DNA from: an uncultured delta proteobacterium
GTDB lineage: Bacteria > Myxococcota_A > Polyangia > Polyangiales > Houyiibacteriaceae
DNA: 64,000 bases
Direction of reading: 5' to 3'
Assembly (NCBI GenBank): GCA_963699755.1
Contig: CAVOVB010000001.1
Location: forward strand, 1,696,001 to 1,760,000
Within the stretch, counting starts at the first letter, position 1. Every line of letters starts with the position of its first letter. This document shows positions 39,119-48,887 of this stretch, one piece after another. A program made the translations under genes and the position numbers. The notes beneath the pieces are model-generated. The model had not been told where the DNA came from. It saw nothing but the letters and a program-made list of their open reading frames with translations, and made no database searches.

Positions 39119-40027
39119 ATGGCCATCAAGACGATCGTTGTGGGGACAGACCTCGGAGAGTCTGGCCATCGCGCGATGCGGCTCGCGATTGCAACGGCTA
39201 GGGCGACCAACGCTACCCTTTGGCTCGTGCATGCGAGCGAGATGGGCTTGGAGCATCCATGGTCCGACCTTCCCGTCGGGGCGAGGTCGGCCGCTCAAGC
39301 GCTTCGCGAGCGATTGAAGGGCCGCTTCGAGAACTCGCTTCAAGAGCTCGAACGCGAACGCAAGGCATGCGAAGACCTAGGCTTGAGTTGCCAAACGTCC
39401 TGTGAAGAAGGGCGTCCCTGGGAAACGATCCTGCGCACCGCCGTTTCGGTCAATGCCGACCTGATCGCCGTGGGTGATCCCGTCGGAGCCATCGGCCTCC
39501 CGGAGCGCTTGCTTGGCTCGACGGCGGAACGCGTCGTCCGGCAAGCCCCGTGCTCGGTGCTGGTTTCATGTGGCCGCCTTCGCGCGGACTACAGCGGGGC
39601 GCGTATCGCCGTGGGTGTCGATTTCTCTCCGCACGGGGTCGAGGCCGTTCGCTGGGCGCGCGACGTGGCCAACGCGATCGAAGGCGAGGTGTCGCTGCTC
39701 CATGTCGTACCGCACCCGATCACCGAAAGTAGGATGCCGACGGAGTGGCCAAGTGTGCTCGAAGGCCTCGCGTCCATGGCACGCTCGCGGCTCGAGCAAC
39801 TCGTCCTGACCGAAGGTCTGAAACCGAGTACGACCATACAGGTATTAGACGGATCGATAGGAAAGACGATCTGCAATGCGGCGGCGAGCATCAACGCAGA
39901 CCTGGTGTTTGTCGGCTGTAGGGGGCAGGGCAGGCTCCGCGGCATGATGCTTGGCAGTGCCTCGCAGTACTGCCTTCGCTATTCACCGGTTCCGGTTCTC
40001 ACAGTTCGTCCGGGACTTCAGCGCTAG
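39119..40027 (+). CDS. Tandem-domain universal stress protein
   Basis: TIVVGTD, LLGSTAERVVRQAPCSVLV, IAVGVDFS, GCRGQG, MLGSASQYCLRYSPVPVLTV. Confidence 0.93.
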   Translation: MAIKTIVVGTDLGESGHRAMRLAIATARATNATLWLVHASEMGLEHPWSDLPVGARSAAQALRERLKGRFENSLQELERERKACEDLGLSCQTSCEEGRPWETILRTAVSVNADLIAVGDPVGAIGLPERLLGSTAERVVRQAPCSVLVSCGRLRADYSGARIAVGVDFSPHGVEAVRWARDVANAIEGEVSLLHVVPHPITESRMPTEWPSVLEGLASMARSRLEQLVLTEGLKPSTTIQVLDGSIGKTICNAAASINADLVFVGCRGQGRLRGMMLGSASQYCLRYSPVPVLTVRPGLQR

Positions 40028-41567
40028 CCCTTCAATGTTGCTTCGAGCAGGCTCCGGATCTCGTCCAACGGCCGGGACGTATCCAACCGGAGATGCTCGG
40101 ACGCCCGAAGCTCGTCGATCGGATCGAAGTGCGTTTCGAACTCCTCCAACAGTTCGGTTCGCGCGTCACTCTCATGTGGTCCCCCTCGTTCGCGCGCGGC
40201 CAGGCGGTCCAAGATCAGCGCTCGGGGTGCACTGCACTCGACCAGGATGAATGGGACTCCGTGCTGGTTCGCCAAGCGGTAGGCTGCATCCCGCATCGCC
40301 GCTGTGCGAAAAGAAGCGTCGATCACGACTGGACGTCCGGACGCGAGCACGATGTCGGCAAGCCGAAAAAGCTCCCCGTAGACGTCTTTGGTCGCGCTTG
40401 GCGAGTAAGCTCCGGACCAAGCTTTACCCGCGAGGGATTCGGTCGGCTCGGTGGCTCATGAGCTGCTTGCGCGTCCGGTCGGAGCCGAGCACCGGAGCGG
40501 CGAGCAAGTCGCCGATCGTCGCCGAGGTCTGGCTCTTCCCGGCGGCGATCATCCCTCCGACCGCGACGACCCGCGGTGGCACGAGCGGTGGGCGCTCGAA
40601 CGCCAAAGCTAAAACGAAGTAACGCCTGGCCTCTCGCCGCGCCCGCTCCCTTGCCTCAGGGGATGCCTCGGTGTCCGAGGCTAGCAGTGATGCAACCTTG
40701 CCGCGCACGTATGCGCGGTAGCTCTCGTAGAAATTGACCACCGAATAGAGCTCATAGTCGTTCGATTCGCGGGCGTACCGCGCGAGAAACCGTTCGGCGA
40801 GGTCCACCCGCCCGTGCCAGGCGAGGTCCATCGACAGGAACGCGATGTCCGCGCAGACATCTCCGTATCGGAAGCGGTCGTTGAACTCGATGCAGTCGAT
40901 GATCGAAATCGAGACGTCGGACTCGAAGTACACGTGCTCGAGCCTCAAGTCACCGTGTCCGTCACGGACACGCGCGGCCGCAATTCTCGCCATGAAAGGA
41001 GCATCGTTCCGGAGTGTCCGCACTTGCCAAGACTCGACCTCGAGAGCCTGGTCCGGCGTCAAGATAGTCCCCGATCGAGGCCCGTGTTTGTTCGAAGTTC
41101 TCCTCCACGTTTTTTCGGATCGTCTCGATTCGACCGTGCTCGGACGTTTCCGCGTCGCAGCGTACGCCTTCGTGGAATCGCGCGATGTGAGCCGCGAGCG
41201 CGTCGATGTGTTTCGGCATCAACAAGCCGGCTCGCAGGAGCGCGTCTGCACGCCGTTCAACTGCGAGACGACGCATTCGAACCGCCCAGTCCACGGCCGC
41301 GCCAGCTCCTGCGATCCGGTGAACGCCGGAAGCGTCGATCGTGATGGGCACGACATCGAGGTAGACGTCCGGTGCGAGCCGCCGGTTGAGCTGCAGCTCT
41401 GCGTCGCACGCGGCTCGGCGCTTCTCGAGCGTCGTGAAGTCGAGGAAGCCCAAGTCGACGGGTCGTTTGACCTTGAACACCTCGTCCGCACCCAAGAAGA
41501 TCCAAGAGATATGCGTCTCGACCAGCTCGAAGCCGCTTGCCTCGAGATCCGCTTTCAGCTTTCCCAT
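40024..41567 (-). pseudogene. Bifunctional aminoglycoside-phosphotransferase-like / AAA_33 P-loop kinase (Rv2004c-like), interrupted by two +1 frameshifts
   Basis: ETHISWIFL, KVKRPVDLGFLDFTT, ELQLNRRLAP in one frame; DGHGDLRLEH, IDCIEFNDRFR, DIAFLSMDL, GMIAAGKS in a second; VVIDASFR, ESDA in a third. Junctions at about 41065 and 40455. May be intact in vivo. Confidence 0.85.
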
Positions 41568-41640
41568 CACATCCCTGAGGGTGAGGCTGCTAGTATACCC
41601 ATCCGAGCAACTCCCGCCCACGCGCTAGGCTTCCGCGCTA

Positions 41641-41682
41641 CGCAATTCTATCGCCAGGTCCGCAATTCGCGCATCATTTGCG
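41641..41682. promoter_or_regulatory. Enhancer box with partial partner
   Basis: CGCATCATTTGCG at 41670-41682; CGCAATTCTATCG 29 bp upstream at 41641. Confidence 0.7.
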
Positions 41683-41722
41683 TCACTCGTCTGGAATGGC
41701 AGCCAAAGCAGGAGACTCCACT

Positions 41723-41738
41723 GGGCACGGGGTTTGCT
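41723..41738 (+). promoter_or_regulatory. Sigma54 promoter of the DUF5335-baeRF12-CBS operon
   Basis: GGGCAC-GGGGT-TTGCT. Confidence 0.75.
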
Positions 41739-41769
41739 TCCTCTGAAGCATCAGCACTGGAGGCAAGCG

Positions 41770-42105
41770 ATGACGACACGGAAGTTAGAGAGCCCGGAGT
41801 GGCAACGGTACTTCGACGAGGTTTCAAAGCACCTCCCCACGATGCGGGTAGGCATTTCGGTCATGGGTGAGAAAATCGGCGTGCAGCCCGAGAGCGAAGG
41901 CAGCGTGTTGGTCGGAGTCAGTTACGACCCGAACGACGACGTTTTCTCGGTCGATGCGGTGAATATTTCGCACCGAGTGCCCAAGCCGAAGGAAATCTTC
42001 GTTCGCGAACAGGCTGGAAGGCTTTCGAGCATCGAGGTCATTGCGCAGGACGGGACGAAGCAAATTATCGAGCTCCGGCCGCTCCCCTCGTTGCCTGCTT
42101 CCTAA
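41770..42105 (+). CDS. DUF5335 family protein
   Basis: WQRYFDEVSK, IGVQPE, GVSYDPNDD, ISHRVPKPKEIFV, DGTKQII; GGAGG RBS. Confidence 0.8.
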   Translation: MTTRKLESPEWQRYFDEVSKHLPTMRVGISVMGEKIGVQPESEGSVLVGVSYDPNDDVFSVDAVNISHRVPKPKEIFVREQAGRLSSIEVIAQDGTKQIIELRPLPSLPAS

Positions 42106-42128
42106 CTTGCGACTACGGAGGTCTGAAT

Positions 42129-42578
42129 ATGGGACAGACATGGATCTTGGTGGCACACGAAGCCGGCGCGCGACTGTTCGCGAACGACGGGATCGGAAAT
42201 GGCTTGGCACTCGTCGAATCGATCGACCACCCCGAAGGCCGGGCGCGCGACCGGGACATCGACTCCGATCGTCCCGGCCGCTCGTTTCACAAGAACAGCG
42301 GTGACCCCCGGCGCGCTTCGATGGGACAAAGCGAGAGTCCGCACGATAGGGTGGTTTCCGACTTCTCGAGAGAGCTGGCCGACAAGCTCCGGCACGCCCG
42401 TGTCCAAAATCAGTTCGATCGCCTGGTTCTCGTCGCGCCTCCGAGATTTCTGGGATTGCTACGATCCGCGCTCGATGGACCGACTTCGCAGCTGGTGATC
42501 GGCTCCATTCACAAAGACCTCGCGACCAGCAACGAGGCCGAGCTGATCCAACACCTCGGTGAAGTGATCGTCATTTGA
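42129..42578 (+). CDS. Host-attachment (AtsE)/baeRF12 family protein
   Basis: TWILVAHEAGARLF, SDRPGRSF, FDRLVLVAPPRFLGLLR, IHKDL. Confidence 0.88.
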   Translation: MGQTWILVAHEAGARLFANDGIGNGLALVESIDHPEGRARDRDIDSDRPGRSFHKNSGDPRRASMGQSESPHDRVVSDFSRELADKLRHARVQNQFDRLVLVAPPRFLGLLRSALDGPTSQLVIGSIHKDLATSNEAELIQHLGEVIVI

Positions 42579-42623
42579 CCGGGCGCTCGTTCGTCGAACG
42601 CATGACAGCAAAAGGTAGATGAG

Positions 42624-43388
42624 ATGGCCAATTTCGAAATGCCTGTGATCGAATATATGACTAGCCCGGTAGAGACGATTCGAATTGGCGAAAGCCTCGT
42701 TGCCGCCGACGCGATGTTCACGGAGCAAGGCGTCTCTGCGCTCGGCGTCGTCGACGACGCCGGTGAGCTCAAGGGCGTAGTCTCGCGGACCGACATCTTA
42801 CACGCAGCGGTGTTCAGCCATGGCGTGACCTTTCGAGTCCCCGATCGTCCCGTCGAGGAGATCATGCAATCTCCGGCGCTTCAGGTTCCGAAGGATGCGT
42901 CCGTGGCCGAGGCCGCCAAGCTGATGCTGAAAAAGCACGTTCACCGCGTTTTCGTCACGAGCGCCGGCAAGGTCGAGGGCGTCATCTCTACACGCGACCT
43001 GATGCGAGCGGTTGGCGACAAGCGCATCAAGACACCGATTTCCGAGATCGCCTCCGGCTCCGTCATCAAGATCAGAGCCGAAGATCCGATCGCCATGGCC
43101 GTCGACCGCCTCGAGCTGTCCAACAAGCATGGTCTGGTGGTCGTCGAAGGAGACTTCCCGGTCGGCATCTTCGATCAGAGTTGCGCGCTGCAAGCGCGCC
43201 GATTGGCCCCGACCACCGCGGTCGAAAACGCGATGAACGTTTGCATTTTGATCCTTCCCGCTGCGATGGGTCTGGGCCGAGCCGCCGCGCAAGCCTTGGC
43301 GATGAACGTCCGCCGCATCTTGATCGAGAACGATCGAGGGGTGATCGGGATTGTTGGCGGGCTCGATTTTGCGCGGGTGATGAAATGA
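42624..43388 (+). CDS. Four-CBS domain protein
   Basis: YMTSPVETI, GVVSRTDIL, VHRVFV, GVISTRDLM, GIVGGLDF. Confidence 0.88.
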   Translation: MANFEMPVIEYMTSPVETIRIGESLVAADAMFTEQGVSALGVVDDAGELKGVVSRTDILHAAVFSHGVTFRVPDRPVEEIMQSPALQVPKDASVAEAAKLMLKKHVHRVFVTSAGKVEGVISTRDLMRAVGDKRIKTPISEIASGSVIKIRAEDPIAMAVDRLELSNKHGLVVVEGDFPVGIFDQSCALQARRLAPTTAVENAMNVCILILPAAMGLGRAAAQALAMNVRRILIENDRGVIGIVGGLDFARVMK

Positions 43389-43421
43389 CAGCCCCAAGCG
43401 TGGCTCACTGACTTCGAGCCG

Positions 43422-46400
43422 TCACAGCCACTTTTGGATATGCATGCCGAGGGCTGCTGGCCTGAGTGGGCTCCTATCCTTCGGCCTGACTCGGAACCGC
43501 AGCTCGTGGCCGCCGCTGGACCGAACGGTGAAGGCGCCCTGCCAGGTGCTCCGCTCTTCGCCGTCCTCCGATTCGAATGGGACGACGATTCTCGACGAGA
43601 GGTCGTGTAGGCGGCTGCCGTAGGTCACCACAGCTTCGACGACCAACTCTCGGGCGTCGAGCCCCGGGTGGTGAAGCGAAAGCTGGGCGGATACCGAAGT
43701 ACCGACGATCAGCTCGTCGCTGCTCAAACCGCCGAAGCGGACGCTTTCCATCGTGATCTCGTTCCAATGGCTTCGGATCGCTTCCGCCAAGTCGGCCAAC
43801 GCAAAGAGAGGGCGGTAGTTCGAGTCGCGCAGGGCGACGGCATCTTGCATGGCCGGCTCGTAGAAGTTGTCGGCATAGTCGGTGACCATTCGGCGAGCGG
43901 AGAACCGCGGAATGATGCTCGACATGCTCGCCTTCATCAGGTCGACCCAAGCGACCGGGACCCCTTCGGCGTTTCGATCGTGGTAGGTCGGCAGGATCTC
44001 GCCTTCGAGGAGTGCCATCGTCACGGCGCGGTCGTAGGCGCTCGGGTCGTGAATCGAAGTGGCCGGCAGGTCGATCACCCAGCCGTTGTTCTCTTCGTAG
44101 CCCTCGAGCCACCATCCATCGTCGACGCTGAGGTTGAGGCAGCCGTTGATGGCTGCTTTCATTCCGGATGTCCCGCTGGCCTCGAGCGGACGGGTCGGTG
44201 TATTCAACCAGACATCGCAGCCGGCCACCATTCGGCGCGCCGAATCGATCGAGTAGCCCTCCATGAAGATGACCCGGCCTGCGAGGTCGGGGTGCTTCGT
44301 GGCTTGGTAGACCCGTTGCAACAGCGCCTGCCCGTGACCGTCGGCCGGATGCGCCTTGCCGGCATAGATGAGCGTTGCGCCGGGGTTGCCGTTGAGCAGC
44401 TTGGAGAGCCGCTCCGGCTCGCTCAGGAGCAAGTCCGCGCGCTTGTAGGGCGCGAACCGTCGGGCAAAACCGATGAACATACGACCTTCGTCGAGCCGCC
44501 CGAGGATATCGCGGAGCAAAGAGAGGTCTTCGCGGCGTCGGGTCCACGTCTCGGTGAGGTGTTCCTTCAACCAATCGATGTAGTTCGCGCGCAGCTCGCA
44601 ATGCGTCGCCCAGATCTCGGCTGGATCGTGATCGCGCAACCATTGCCAGCTGTCCGGGTCGTCGATCTGGTTTTGCCAGTCGTGCCCCATTTGCCGTTCC
44701 ATCAGCCGTTGCCACGAAGGTGCGAGCCAAGTCGAAACGTGCACGCCATTGGTGATGCTCGTGCATGGCACGTCGTCGGGGTTGTCGAACTCCGGAAAGA
44801 ATTGGAGGAACATGTCCCGCGCGACTTCGCCGTGCTTGGCGCTGACGCCGTTGATTCGCCCCGCGTTTCGCACGGCAAGCGCTGTCGTTCCAAACTTGTT
44901 GGCTGCGTCATCGGGCGTGTTTCCCATCGCCATCAAGCGAGGCCAATCCATGCGGAGCACGTGCTCGAAGCGCGCCAAGTACGGGCGTACCATTTCTTCG
45001 GGAAAGTGGTCATGACCGGCGGGCACCGGCGTGTGCGTGGTGAAGACGGTCGTGTTGCGGATGTACTCGAACGCCTCTTGGGACCGGAGGCCGTGCCTCT
45101 TGATCAAGTGGGCCGCGCGCGCGAGGAGCAGGAAGGCGCTATGGCCTTCGTTCATGTGAAAGACGTCGGGTTCGATGTCGAGCTCGGTGAGCAGTTGGTA
45201 GCCTCCGAGCCCTAGGATCATCTCCTGTCGCAGACGGTGCGTAGTGTCCCCGCCATACAGGTGATTGGTGATCGCCCGGTCTTCGGGTCTGTTTTCCGGC
45301 AGGTTCGTGTCGAGCAGGAATAGCGGGACTCTGCCGACCTTCAGTTGCCAGGCCTGTATTTGGACCGGGCCGGTGGGCAGCGGCACGGTGACTCGCAGCG
45401 GCGAGTACCGTCCAACCATGACCTGCTCGAACGGAGGGCTCTCGAAATCGTTCGTGTCTCCGAGGTGCTCTTGCCGTCCATCACGATCGATGATCTGGCG
45501 GAAGTATCCGTCGCGGTAGGCAAGGCCGACCGCGCAGAGGGGCAGGTTCAAATCGCTTGCCGCCTTGAGGTGGTCTCCTGCGAGAATTCCGAGACCTCCG
45601 GAGTAGAGCCTCAAGAAGCCCGCAAGGCCGAACTCCATGCAGAAATAGGCGATTCTTGGGTCCTGCGATTCGGTCGCCTCGATCATCTCTCGATGGAGCC
45701 TCGTAACGTCCGCGACGTACTTCGCGTCGTCCGCTGCCGCCATGAGCCGACCTGGTTTCACCCGATCGAGGAGCGCATGCGGGTTCTCTTCGACCTTGAA
45801 CCAGAGCTCTGGATCGATTCGTTTGAAAAGCGAGGCGACTTCAGGGTGCCAACGCCACCATAGATTGGAGGCGATCTCCTTCAAGGCTTCCAGCTCGACC
45901 GGAAGCGCGTTCGCCACGACGAAGGTTCGGGTGTAGGGCGCGCCCTCTTCGCCTTCCGCCACGGCAGGCTTCACGAACGGGCCAAAAACCCCAGAGGAAT
46001 CGGAGGACCGCGCAGGCATCGAAGGAACGCTCAAGCGTTCCATTGGCAGCTCCTTGCGCCGCGCAGCGCCCGCTGCGAGGGCTCGGCGGTGCGCCTCCTC
46101 GTAGTGCTCCATGAAGTTGGACCAGTCGGTCAGGGCAGCGGTTCTCAAACAGGCTTCACCGAGCGCCGAACGGTCGTGTTCCGAAAGATCGATGAACTCG
46201 AGCAGCGCCGTCTTGAGCGATTTGGTGACTTCTGGTGTGGGCACGCCCTCGCGTTTGAGCACGCGGACGCCCGTGCGGTCCCCATCACCCTGCGCCGCAA
46301 CCCAGCGGCCGAATCCAGCGCGGTCCGTCGTGATCGCGGGGACTCCAAATGCGACTGCCTCGAGCGGCGTATATCCCCATGGCTCGTAGAAAGAGGGAAA

Positions 46401-47679
46401 GACGCCGAGGTCGGCGCCCGGAAGCAAGTCCCAGTACTTGTGACGGATCAACGGGTCGGTTCCGTCGAGGTAGATTGGCACGTGCACGACGTGGACCCGG
46501 CGCCCCAGGCGTGTTTTCGAAGCCGAGCGCATTCAGCTGCTTCGTGATCGGGTCGTTGGCCTCGTCCACGAGGTCGTGCGTACATCGCAGCGGGGGCCCG
46601 GCGAAAGTGCCGTGCGCGCGATCCCAGAGCTGACGCTTCGGCTCGGCATGGCCCGCAGGCAACATCGCATAAACGAGCACTCGCTTGCCGTCGCGCGATT
46701 CGAGCTCTTTTTGGAGGTCGGCCGCGGCGTCGAGGTACACGTCCACGCCCTTGTTGGTGTATTCGTAGCGGCCGGCGAGCGCGAAGATGAGCGTGTTTTC
46801 GCGATCGTACTCGTCGCCCGTGGTGAGCTCGGCGAGCTTGAAGAGCTCGTCGCGGGCGCGTTGCCGCTGTTCGAGCCCGACCGGCCTGGCGCCGAAGCCA
46901 TTGGGCAGGATCACGTCCGGTTTTCTCCCGAGGAGATGTTCGCACTCCAGCGAGGTTATCTCGCTGACCGTGGTGAAGACATCTGCTTCATGGGCTGCTA
47001 CCGATTCCATCGAGTGCTTCGACGAAACGCTCAGCTCCTTGGCCGCAACCTCGGGATCGATGCTTGGCAGTGATTCGTAGAAATTGGGATCGGCTCGCTG
47101 ACCAGCGAGCGAGCGTCCGAGCATCGTGGCATGCGTCGTGAACACCGTCCCGATTTCGGGCGCCGCGGTCTGCAGGTGTAGGATCGCGCCGGCCGACATC
47201 CACTCGTGCGCCTGAACGATCGCCGTCTGCCGTGCCGGAAGCAGAAACCGATCGCGGATGTGCTCGATGATCATACCCGCGCCGTGCGCGAAGAGCACCG
47301 GATCGTAGTAGTCCCAAGCTCCGAACAAGGAATCGAGCCCGTAGCGCTCCCAGTATCGTCCGAGGATCTCGTCCTTTCGCTCGTACAAGCGGGACTGGTT
47401 GATCAGCAGACAGCGCGGTTCTCCTGGAACCAGCCAGCGCCCCATCTCCACGCCCACCTCGTGGTCCTGGAGCGAGTCTTCGAGCTCCCGATCCCAGATG
47501 TCAGGCCGAAACTCAGGTGCGACGCCTTCGCTCCGCGGAACGTCCGGCCCGATGGTGATGTATCCGTCTTCCCCGTGGCGTTGTTGCACGTCCGGGACGC
47601 GGCTCGCCAGCACGGTGTGGATACCGCCCACCATGTTGCAGACCTCCCAAGAGATCTCGAAGAATACGGCCTTACTCAT
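43422..47679 (-). CDS. glgP: Fusion of GT3 (eukaryote-type) glycogen synthase and GT35 alpha-glucan phosphorylase; one +1 frameshift near 46500
   Basis: GT3 motifs FEISWEVCNMVGGI, AHEWM, FTTHATMLGR, FTTVSEIT, GRYEYTNKG, FPSFYEPWGYTPLE run without a stop into GT35 motifs YSGGLGILAGDHLK, HMNEGH, ITNGVH, ARRFAPYKR, EASGTSGMKA (PLP Lys). Removing one base at GCG-C-CGG joins ORFs 46285..47679 and 43422..46532. Confidence 0.88.
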
Positions 47680-48879
47680 ACGTGAGCTTGTCTGTCTGCC
47701 GGGGCTAGCACCGAGAGGTTCAAGTCTTTCATGACGTTCATATAGTGGATGAACGCGTCGTATGGACCCTCGTAAGGACTGAAATAGTCATGCACCGCAG
47801 CGTCGGAGGCCGATTTCGTAGCCATATAGTAGAAATGGTCTGAAGTCTGCAAGCGCCGCCAGAGCGCCATCAAGTGAGAATTATTGCGTCTCCGAATGGC
47901 GCTGCCCAGCGAATAGACCTCGGCCAGGGCCCGCTGTTGCATGGCGTTGCCCTGCCAGGCGCTGATGTCGCGAGCCTCGTCGGCCCAGGAAACCGTCCGG
48001 TTGAATGAGAGCTCCCCAAGCGCCGAATACCGATCGATGACCTGGCTCGGCGTGAGGATGTCCCAATCCGGATGCGTGAAGAGCAGGTCCGGCAAGCGCT
48101 CGAGGAAATCGAAAATTCCGGTTTCCTTCCACTGATGCTCGCCAAACGTTTCGTAGTCCATGAACAGGTTGATGACATCGCCAGCGCTGCTGTGCCCGTG
48201 GACCCAACCGGCGAACTTCTCAGCGGTGAGCGGATAATCGCTCCAGGCCTTGTTCGAGAAGCGGAACGCGATGTCGTCGGAGAGCTTGTAGTTCTTGGCC
48301 AGAAGCTTCATCTCGCGGCCGGCGACGCGGTAGACGAAGTTCGGGCTTCTCCAATCGAGAACGTCGTCCGCACCCTCGATGAGCATCGCATCGAAGCCCT
48401 GGTCCGCGATGAACTGGCCAATCTCGTCGTTGTAGATGAGCTCGGTGTTCCGGAACACCCGCGGCACTTGCCCAAATTCCGACTTGATGAGCTTCAGCTC
48501 CATGTCGATCTGCTCCCGGTACTCGTCCTTGTCGTACAGGGCAGCGAGGCTGTGATAATAGGTCTCCGCAATGAGCTCGACCGCGCCGGTCTCTACGAGC
48601 CGCACGAAGCTGTCGAGCACCTCGGGCGCGTAAAGCTTCATCTGCTCGATCGCCACGCCCGTCACCGCGTAGGAAACGCGAAAACGGCCTTCGGTTCGCT
48701 CGATGATGCGAAGCATCGCCTCGTTGGCGGGCAAGTAGCACTTGTGTGGCCACCTTGCGGAGAACCTCGGCGTTGAGCTTTTCGTCGAAGTAGTCGTGGT
48801 CGCGACCCACCTGAAGCGCTCCGTAGGGCCGCAGACGATAGGGCTGATGCACTTCGAAATAGAAACAGACCGACGACAT
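47676..48879 (-). CDS. GH57 alpha-amylase-family hydrolase; one +1 frameshift near 48745
   Basis: YFEVHQPYRL, ETYYHSL, FRNTELIY, LSDDIAFRFS, FMDYETFGEHQW, LQTSDHFYYM; KVA/KCYLPAN is restored by deleting one base. Confidence 0.9.
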
Positions 48880-48887
48880 GGCTCACC

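Noticed and set aside
43668..45215. 515-aa plus-strand ORF, and similar long ORFs at 18771-20303, 48945-50318, 25750-26952 and 4617-5864
   Set aside because: All lie antisense to well-supported genes and lack motifs.
46490..46510. Programmed ribosomal frameshift in the synthase-phosphorylase fusion
   Set aside because: No slippery heptamer, the break falls inside the GT3 domain rather than between domains, and three similar +1 breaks occur nearby.
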